Of a stretch of 64,000 nt of DNA, positions 54,697 to 64,000 are shown piece after piece (position 1 is the first letter of the stretch; each line of letters begins with the position of its first letter). A program made the translations under genes and the position numbers. The notes under the pieces were generated by a model, which did no database searches, had not been told where the DNA came from, and saw only the letters and a program-made list of their open reading frames with translations. This DNA is from Octopus sinensis. Its lineage: Eukaryota. The stretch is taken from contig NC_043013.1 of the NCBI RefSeq assembly GCF_006345805.1, positions 13,702,001 through 13,766,000 of the forward strand. Direction: 5' to 3'.

Positions 54697-55625
54697 TCCT
54701 TAAATCCTTAAAATTGTTTTAGCCCGAAGGCCGCGCCATGCTGGGGCACCCACCGCTGAACGAGCTACACTAATTTGTGAATCCACCTCTGATACGTGGC
54801 ACTTTTATCAACAAGGGAGTTCGATGCTCCTGTCCGCATCCGCGTCTCCTGTCGTGAGGTAGGTTCATCTGGGACTCCCAACAAGAAGAGATCCAGTTAG
54901 TTTTCAAGAAACCCATATCCAACACCATGTATGTCTCTCAGGCATTTAGGGAGGATGTTAAAGAGCTGTGGTCCTCTGAAACCCAAGCTGTTGCAGTATC
55001 TGGACCTGTATTTTGATGGTGATGTGGAATCCTTGGCACCATGCAGTGGCGCCCCGTTCTGCGGTTGGGGTAACTTTGAATGCCAAAGTTTGGGACAAGA
55101 CCCTCCAGGATTTTTCAGATGTATATCACCGCATATCTCTCCCGCCTCCGCTCCAGGGAGAAGAGGTTTAATACCTTCAGTCTTTCCCAGTAGCTGATAT
55201 TTCGCATTGAGACGATTTTCTTTGTGTAGCTTCTCTGAATTGCTTCGAGTTCCGCTGTTAGTTTTATATTGTGTGGTGACCACAGTTGGAACCAGTAGTC
55301 CAAGCGGCTGAGGACGAATGTTTTCCATAGGACCATAAGTGTCTCCCTCTCTCTTGTTCTGAAAGTTCGGAGAATCCATCCAGCTAGCCGTCTGAATTTT
55401 ATCACCAGATTAGCAATATGCACTTGGAAATATGCATCATTGTTCATGTCAATGCCCAGGTCACGCACTGATTTTGACTCAGGGATTGCAATTCTTCCTG
55501 GGCCAGTGTATCAGTCTTCACGTCGTTTACCTTTGTGTGCCAGTAGCGCAGGGCCTGGAACTTACCTGCATTAAACTGCATGTTGTTGTCCTCAGCCCAC
55601 CTGTAATTGTGTCCAGCTCATGTTC
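54697..55625 (-). mobile_element. CR1-type LINE 3' fragment, same subfamily as 44395-48975
   Basis: Near-identical reverse complement of ~48045-48975. Confidence 0.95.
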
Positions 55626-55713
55626 GACACAATATGTATATATATATATATATATATATATGTATGAATATATATATATATGTATGTATATATATATATA
55701 TATATATATATTT

Positions 55714-55848
55714 ATTTATTATATAGAAGGAGCTTCTACAGGACTAGTACTGTTTTCATTCAAGAGAAATCTTCATGAAGCACTTCCTGAAGATTTCTCT
55801 TGAATGAAACAGTACTAGTCCTGTAGAAGCTCCTTCTATATAATAAAT
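55714..55848. repeat. Hairpin (~60 bp arms) carrying a hammerhead core (55787-55818)
   Basis: CTGAAGA-t-TTC-tctt-GAA-t-GAAAC-a-GTA-ctag. The 5' strand of stem I is lost at the hairpin centre. Confidence 0.85.
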
Positions 55849-55925
55849 TAATTTTACTCTGCTATGTATTGAGTACCTTACTTACTGTGGTTAACCCCGG
55901 ATCAACCCGGGACCTACATATATAT

Positions 55926-56007
<82 letters not shown>

Positions 56008-56249
56008 ACACACACTGTACTCCAGTCAGGTTTGCATTGTTGATGCCTATGTTATCTTCTGAGAATATAGATGCTTTTGTCACAAGAACTAATGCCCTAG
56101 TGTAGCGAGGAAGCGTTCATAATTGAATAGTATTTGTGCAAGAAACCTGCAATCATGGGTGAATTGAGAAAAATAAGAAGTTAGTTCCTGTTTAGATTGC
56201 ACAATCCTTGCAAAAGTTCTACAAATTTCATGTAAACTATTGTATAAAA

Positions 56250-57260
56250 ATATGTCCGTTTTTCAATTGTGAAAATGTACAGCTAAAATGTTCACGCTTA
56301 AATAAACTTACATTAAATGATATTTATATGTTCATCATAATTTAAAATGAAACTTTCTATAACTTATAAAGCTATTTAATGTCTTTACTGTTTTCCTTCT
56401 TTGAATTTTAGGCTTTGGGAGTCTTTTGATGATTTCAGGATGTGAACTTTATAATTCATGTATACATATATAAATTGTGTTTCATATTGCATCTGAGGAT
56501 ATTATTTTCCTAAAGATTTTATTTAATTATGCCTAAATTAGTAAGACATTAAAAGGATCTGCACTGATATCATAAATACTGAACTTCATAAAAATAAAAT
56601 AGTTGTAAATACGATTTCAGACCTTCATTTGAATTCAATGATGCTAACCATGTTGAAATCTCTAAAACTAAATTGAAAATAAAACTGCTTATCTTTTTTC
56701 TGTAAATGGATTTTTCTGTGTCTATATCCGTGTGTAGTTGTTAGACTTTTAGATGTGGTTATTCTTTGTCTCTTGCTTACTACTGTTACTTATATACCTC
56801 CTCCTTCAAACATATATTTTACTTAAAACTTGTTTTCTATACCTAGAAATACTAACCCAAACGTTTCTTTCAACAATTAACATTGTTTTTTCTCTTTTCT
56901 CTAGCCTCAAGCATCAGAAAGACTAATTCAACGGTATTTTAAACCGACATTTGTTTCGGATATGTAAGTAGACAGACATTTCCAGATAACTTTTCTTCAA
57001 CATATTGAAAGACCCACTAAGCACCTACATCTCTCGATAATTGATTCTTAAAGAAATTAAAATATTGATTTTTATCCTGAGGTATTTGGACAATTTCAGC
57101 AATAATGAAGTATACAATAAACCGCATCAAAACCACAATATCACTGGTATTTATATAAAATAAAAGTGATGGAGTGGAGTAGGTTCAATGTTGAAGGGAT
57201 GAACGCCTATAGAGGAGGGTTAAAAAGCAATATCTGGCAAGCATTTAATACAGCACCTTA
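56250..57260 (+). repeat. Segmental duplication copy 2, right part (contains exon C2)
   Basis: Collinear with 24625-25430 and, more distantly, with 15480-16250. Confidence 0.95.
56905..56963 (+). CDS. Host mini-exon C2, 59 nt (PQASERLIQRYFKPTFVSD)
   Basis: Same splice sites and phases as C1. It differs in length by exactly one codon. Confidence 0.75.
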
Positions 57261-58305
57261 AGTTCAGCAAAAGTGACAACCATAAGACAATTAGGGTTTT
57301 GATAATTTTGACCAATTTAAATTATTACAAATTAAAAATACTATAACCATCTTGTTATTATATGCACACGTACATCCACACATTAACTATATATTAAAGC
57401 TTCATCCAAATAAAATTTTGTATTACTTTCTTTCTCTGAAGAATTTCTAATAGGAGAATTCTTACATATTCCTGTTCCCTGTTTATCTTGGCAACTCGTA
57501 TTAGGAAATTAAACATGTGTAATTAGTAATAAATTATACAAAAACATTTTTCCTGTGTACTGTGTGTCCCACGTTATCTCGCCAAGTATTGTGTTTTCCA
57601 CATGTACCGTTAATATCTTACGCCTAATATTATCGATAAAGTCGAAGTGAAAACCAAATATATAGTACGAGTGATTAACTGGAAAATATATGACCAAATG
57701 TAACAAGAGTTGTTTCATCAATGTCCAATGTGAAATTTGGCATAATTTGGCATACAGTTGGCTTCCTTTCCTAATCCTAACCACTTTACAGAGTGTACTG
57801 GGGACCTTTTTGCATGCCACCATCAATACTGAAGTTTCCACGCAGCTGCTAAGAATATTGGTAGGTTTTAAGTTGGGGAATGAAGAGATACAGTAAGGAA
57901 AGAGTGGGTTGCAGAGAAGGATCTTCTCAGAGAAGGATCTTCTCAGAGAAGGTTCTTGTCGTGTTTTAGCTGTTTATCTTTAGAGGTTTGGGCGAGAATA
58001 ATGAAGAGCTGAAAAGGTATAGATAATAATACTCAGGTGTCTAGGTGGCGCTTCAACGTGAATAGAAGTGGGTAGGAACAAGGAAATAGGTGTGTGAATT
58101 GGTGGGGTTGTAAAAAGGATTTGGTTAGCAAAAAATGGAGAAATGGGAAAGGGAAAGGGAGGCAAGGACCAACTGTAAAGATTGGATAAAGGATGGGGTT
58201 GAACAAATGAGCCAAGACCAAAGAGAAGTGCACTTTCAAAATAAGAAAGAGGGAGATCAACAGAATCGGGAACACATGAGTCAAACGCAAAGACAGCTGC
58301 ACTTC

Positions 58306-58590
58306 GTGAGGGGATTTGGTAGACGGAAACTGAAAGAAACCCGTTATGTATAAATATATATATGTGTGTGTGTGTATTTGTGTCTGTATTTGTGCCCCTC
58401 ACTACCATCGCTTGACAACCGATGTTGGTGTGTTTGCGTCCCCGTAACCTAGCTGTTCGGCAGAAGAGTTTGCTAGAATAAGCACCAGGCTTACAAGAAA
58501 TAAGTCCAGAAGTCGATTTCTTCGACTAAAGGGCGATATTCCAGCATCGTCACAGTCAAATAACTGAAACAAGTAAAAGAGTAAAAGAAT
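58306..58590 (+). mobile_element. SINE, partial
   Basis: gtgagggatttggtagacggaaactgaaaga...ccagcatcgtcacagtcaaataactgaaacaagtaaaaga. Confidence 0.88.
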
Positions 58591-58737
58591 AGCAGAAATA
58601 GGTTCCGTTCCACTAAACCAAGAAGGTTCTTTGAATATGTGCGATGTATTTTATGGCTAACTAGTAATACTGCTTACGTATGCGTAACTGAGATATGTGG
58701 GTTGGATTATATAGTTATTGCTTTTTTTCAATTTATT

Positions 58738-58960
58738 CTAAGGCGGTTAGCTGACAGATTCGTTAACAGGCTGGACAAAATGCTTAGCGGTACTTCCCCC
58801 CGTCACTACGTTCTGAGTTCAAATTCTGCCATGATCGACTTTGTCGTTCATCCTTTCGGGGTCGATGCAATAAGTACCAGTTCCGTACATGCGTTGATGT
58901 AATCGTGTTATCGCGTCTCCCCAAATTTCAAGCCCTGCGCCCAGGGTAGCAAGGGTTATA
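58738..58960 (+). mobile_element. SINE, second family
   Basis: Homolog of 14000-14215. Confidence 0.85.
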
Positions 58961-59089
58961 TACTTACTGATTTTACACCACTTTCTATATTCTGTAATTG
59001 TCACAATACAGAAACATTTCTCATAGCACACGCACACAATTTACAGATGCTTACACTTATTTTCCGTGACATTTTAACGGGTCCAGTTA

Positions 59090-59152
<63 letters not shown>

Positions 59153-59180
59153 GATTGACTGATTGATTGATTGATTGATT

Positions 59181-59640
59181 GAAAGAACAGCGCATGCAAT
59201 CAAAATGACAGTGGAATGAAATATATGAAGCCCAGTATAACCATCATGACTACCCTTCTGATAAGGGTACACCTAGCACATGCAACACGGCCACCCAGTT
59301 TAAGTAGATCACTCCGCTCAAGAGGTTCCTGAATAAGGCTTGTTTTAAGGATGATGAACGAAGCATCCATATCTCCAGACGTGAATTATTCAAGACCCGC
59401 AAAGAATTCCTCTCAACACATAGCTATGATACTCCCCCACTACTTCTGAACAAATCGACAGCCACTAAAGGACATGCTCAACTGATTAAAGTCAAACATC
59501 TGACAAGTAAATCTGTGATATTAAGCAGAATATTTGCTGTAGCACATCTTTTATACCAAGACAAATCAATGTAAATGATAGCATTTCCAATCAGTTAAGA
59601 TCAGAAGACATGAGAGCCAGTGTCTGGTAATGCATCAGGG

Positions 59641-59690
<50 letters not shown>

Positions 59691-59922
59691 TACTTGTAAT
59701 CTGCATGTTTGTTACAATCACTTGCCGAGCCACACATAGCGTCATAGGGCGAGTGAAGGATAAGGGATGTTACAGTATAACTGAAAGCTGGTGGATGCGA
59801 ATAATACTAAATAGAAACTTCAATCGATAAGGTTCTTCTTCTTCTTCTTTTTCTTCTTCTTCTTCTTCTTCTTCTTCTTCTTCTTCTTCTTCTTCTTCTT
59901 CTTCTCATTATTATTATTGTTA

Positions 59923-59957
<35 letters not shown>

Positions 59958-60780
59958 GAGTGAGAGAGCAGTGCATGCTTTCATAGTGAAACCGGAGCAA
60001 AATATAGGAAGCTCAGTATACCCATCATGACTAACCTTCTAATGAGGTTACACCAAGCACATACATCACAAACATATGTGCGCAGCATGGTGACGTCATA
60101 TCAAGATAAATACCACATAACCATGCGGGTGGAATTTTCTTCAGGTCGAGTAGCGCACCTCGCTCAAAAGGTTCCTGAATAAGGTTTATTTTAAGGATGA
60201 TGAACGAAGTACCCGTGTCTCTAGAGGTGAATTAATTAACCCTCAAAGAATTCCTCTCAACACATAACTATGATGGTTCCCACTACTGCTACCCGTGATC
60301 AGAGATGCAAATATTGTCAGCCATTAAGAGACATGCTCAATTGGTTAAGGTCAAACAACTGACAAGCAAATCTGTGATATTGAGCAGAAAATTTGCTGTT
60401 GCCCATCTTTTATACCAAAAACAAATCAATGTATATGATAACACTTCCAATCAGATAAGATGAGAAGCCACGAGACAGTTTCTGGTACGGCATCAGGGCA
60501 TTTATTATTACTATTATTATTATTATTGAGTGAGAGGGAAGTGCACGCCATCAAAGTTACACTGGGGTAAAATATACGATGCCCAGAATACCAATCGTGA
60601 CTAGCCGCTTGATAAGGGTACACCAGGCACATGCCACACAAGCATAAGTGCGCGACATGGTGACGTCAAATCAAAATAAACAGCGCATGGCTTTGCAGGT
60701 GGGGCCCAGTTAGAATTTTCCTCGGGTCGAGCAGCGCATGCCACTCAAATGGTCCCGGAATATGGGTCCTTTAAGGATGT
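59181..60780. mobile_element. Three tandem copies of a ~0.5 kb non-coding element, each bounded by (TAT)n
   Basis: Copies at 59181-59645, 59958-60503 and 60527-60780 (truncated) share gaagcccagtata...gataagggtacacc...cctgaataagg. Confidence 0.85.
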
Positions 60781-63170
60781 ATTTTTGCAGCTAGGGCACA
60801 GCCTCTGCATGATTTTACTAGTTCTTCATTGTCACGGTCCATTGTTGACCAATATGCGTAACTTTTCATTAATGATCTCATTCCCGAAATCCCTGGGTAA
60901 CTAATGTGAAATTACTTTTGTAATCGCTTCTGCAGTGCGGCTAGCACTGCGGCTCTTTGTGCATACATGAACACATTGTCGTCTTTCGCTTTTACTTTTT
61001 ATGTCTTGCAATGTAACAGGCAATTCACGTATGACGTTACACAAAACAAATCAGATGTTAATGTTTTTTTCTTAATTTCATCGAACACCTGACCATTTCA
61101 GATCAATTCCAATTTATATCTTATTTTAGTAGATTGTTTAGTGGAATTCTTACCTTGTGCATATTTGGTATATAATTTTGATAATAATTTTCAACTTCCA
61201 AAAAAACTTGTAAGATCGATATGTTTAACGGATGGCGCATATTTTTAACTGCATCTGCCCTCAACACATCTAGTCGACGTCCATTTTTGTCGATGATTTG
61301 CTCTAGAGATTTTATTTTCGGTAAAAATTCACACTTCTCCTCACTCAAAGTGAAGCTGTAATCCTTTATTCTTTCGAACACATATTTCACTTGCCCTACA
61401 TGCTGGTCCTGGGATTCGCTTTTAATGAGTATGTCATCCATGTAGGCTACTGCGAAATCCGCAACTACGAGCATAGTGTCCATGACTCGTTGGAAAATAC
61501 CTGGTGCTGCCTTTACACCAAAATGAAGTCTGTTAAATTTATATACTCCTCTCTGTGCATTTATTGTAAATAATTTTTAACATTCCTCCTCAAGTTGTAC
61601 CTTTAGGTGTGCTTCAGATACGTTCAACTTTTTAAAAAAATTCTGCCATTTAACTTAGCGAATATTTCTTCCGGACTTGAAGAAATCACTCGTTTAAACC
61701 TGTTAGAAAAATCAGCACATACCTGGATTTTATTGCTTTTCCTTGACGTAAACTGTTGGTGATGCCCATTCAGCATAAACAATTTTTTCCGTAACCCCAA
61801 GCTTTTTACGTCTATCAAATTCTTCATTTATTTGTTTCAACGCTGCGAAAGACGGAGTTCGTTTTGGTTTAGATACCGTTATAGCATTTCCTTGTAGTTG
61901 AAACTTCGCCTTTGTTTTTGGTGCACAAATCTAATTCATCAGAAAAAAAACTTCAGGAAAAATCTTTTAAATTTTATTTTTCATCCGTCCGACGCCTTAT
62001 TTGTACTGGCAGAAAAGCAATTCATATTTTTACAGAAACAACAATTTATGGAGAGATCCCATAAGTTAAATAATTTCATCCAGTCTGTTCGGAATAAATT
62101 TGCCGTATCATTCAACACAAAAAACTTTGGCTTTTAAAGATTTTTCACGAAATGTAATCTCACTTAACATTTCGCCCTTAAAATGTAATTTTTTTCCTGA
62201 AGCATCATGGTGCAATTTTCGACTTTCTTTTAAACTTAGTCCCCCGATTTTTTTTCCATGTATCTGCGTTAATTATAGAGATATCACTTTCCATATCTGA
62301 TTGTAGTTTGGTATCAACATCATTCATTTTTATGAATACAAATTTTCTTATTTGATTACTATTGACAATACAGATTTCCCAGAATTTTTTTCTTTCGAGC
62401 TTTTTTTTTCTGTTACTCTCTATAGTGTGAGCTTTTTATGCCCATTTTCACTACTCTTAAAACGTTTTTTTTTTTAAACGGACAGTTATTTTTAAAATGC
62501 AGACCACCCCACTCATAACATGGATTCAGTCTTCACATATTTTTCTTTTTAGTGAGGGCGCGTGGCTTAGTGCACTCGGGCACTCGGCTCATGATCGTAA
62601 GGTTGTGAGTTCGATTCCCGGCGACGCGTTGTGTCCTTGAGCAAGACACTTTATTTCACGTTGCTCCAGTCCACTCAGCTGGCAAAAATGAGTTGTACTT
62701 GTATTTCAAAGGGTCAGCCTTGTCACTCTTTGTGTCACGCTGATTATCCCCGAGAACTACGTTAAGGGTACACGTGTCTGTGGAATGCTCAGCCATTTGC
62801 ACGTTAATTTCACGAGCAAGCTGTTCCGTTGATTGTATCAGCTGGGACCCTCGTCGTCGTAACCGGCGGAGTCTTTAAAAAAAAAACAAAACATTTTTCT
62901 TTTTAACTAATCGTCACAGGTCGACACGCATGATTATGAGAGCAATCTTTTTCTTCAATTTTACCTGTGTTATATCTTAAATTCATAACCCTTTGGCATG
63001 CTTCTGCCACTACCTGGAGAATTAATTTTTGGCCCTGTTCTACTTTCGTTAATATCTGGGAACGTATATCTGCATCTTTGCTTGCAGTTAGTCTTTGAAC
63101 AAAAATTAGACATTTGAACATGTCCAAAGTTAATTCCTTTAATTTGAATTTTTCACAATCTGTTAACAAT
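60780..63170 (-). mobile_element. Ty3/gypsy gag-pol relic
   Basis: DMFKCLIFVQRL (gag), PCYEWGGLHFKNNCP (knuckle remnant), GSDIS (protease-like), VCADFS and AYMDDILI (RT). Confidence 0.9.
62552..62885 (+). mobile_element. tRNA-derived SINE, third family, inserted in the gypsy relic
   Basis: gagggcgcgtggcttagtg...gagttcgattccc (A/B boxes), gtgtccttgagcaagacactt core and A-rich tail. Confidence 0.88.
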
Positions 63171-63229
63171 CCCAGCATAAAATTAGATATGTTTCGACCA
63201 AAGATTGGTCCAGGCCATGTCTAACTTAA

Positions 63230-64000
63230 TAGCATCACCTGATAGGATTATTCGAATCCTGTTTATGTCAAGTTTTGTTTAAGTCAAGTTTTGTTCAAGT
63301 AGTGAGTTCTTGTTGGGTGAGTTGTATCCAGTTTTGTTCAAGTAGTGAGTTCTTGTTGGGTGAGTTGTATCCAATTATGGTTGGCTTATCTGGTATTCTT
63401 TGAAGGAATCTATCCAGACTGTTTAAAGTTGATGGGATCCTTTTCCTCTTTGATCTCCCTCGGGACAATGTTAGATAGGGCAGGGCCTGTTGAGGAAAAG
63501 AAATTATGTTGCAGTGTACATGTATGCTGTGATCTTGAATTTGGCAGGGGACGTATAGCTCGTGGTCCAAGTCTTGGATGAACCTTGAAGCTAATGTTTA
63601 GGTCGTTTGGGCAAAGTTGGCGGTATATTTTCCACATCGTACAAATGATGTACCGCTCACGGCGACGCTGGGGGGAGTAAAGTTTCAAGGCTTTAAGGCG
63701 ATCCCAATAATCGAGAGCAGCCATGCCTTCAATTTGTTTAGTGAGAGCCCTCTGGGGTGATTCAATTCTGGAGATGTTTTGTCTTGTGTGAGGAGACCAC
63801 AGTGGGCAGCAGTATTCAAGGTGTGGCCGTACAAAGGAGGAAAAAAGTGGTATGATGACACCTTGTTCTCTGGACCGGAAAGTTCTTAAGATCCAGGAAC
63901 TCATCCTACGAGCTATATCGACCTTCTTGTTGATGTGTGCACTCCAACTGAGATCGTCATCAACAATTACACCCAGGTCTCTGATATTGTTAGAGGCTGT
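63230..64000 (-). mobile_element. CR1-type LINE 3' part, third subfamily (continues beyond the window)
   Basis: WILRTFRSRE, VRPHLEYCCPLWSP, LYSPQRRRERY. Confidence 0.92.

Noticed and set aside
45900-55625. Programmed frameshifting in LINE ORF2
   Set aside because: The indels are scattered single bases that differ between copies, which fits decay or unpolished long-read error. The element may be more intact than it looks.
60468-60500. Hammerhead-like string ctgatgc...agaaactgtc on the minus strand
   Set aside because: The core lacks A9, there is no stem II, and the paralogous copy near 59610-59640 lacks GAAA.
62555-62626. Functional tRNA gene
   Set aside because: No proper cloverleaf, and it continues into a SINE core and tail.

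Overview
AT-rich, microsatellite-dense eukaryotic DNA. The SINE families and repeat landscape look like a coleoid cephalopod, probably Octopus (recognised by eye, not searched). There is no intact long host ORF. Most of the window is intron filled with retroelement debris: RTE/BovB-like, R4/Dong-like RLE, Tx1/L1-like, a near full-length CR1-type LINE plus fragments, Penelope-like RT and GIY-YIG pieces, a Ty3/gypsy relic and many SINEs. Three things stand out. (1) A + strand host gene built from tandemly duplicated 49-59 nt exons. Four of them join in one open frame, and they have diverged far more than their flanking introns, almost only by amino-acid-changing substitutions. (2) About 14 minimal hammerhead-ribozyme-like motifs from several families, mostly in fold-back inverted repeats next to (TA)n/(GA)n tracts. 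One lies in an RT-less zinc-knuckle element. (3) A CR1-type LINE whose ORF1 appears to combine a Myb/SANT-like domain with a CCCH finger. All alignments and counts were done by eye, and boundaries of degenerate repeats are approximate.
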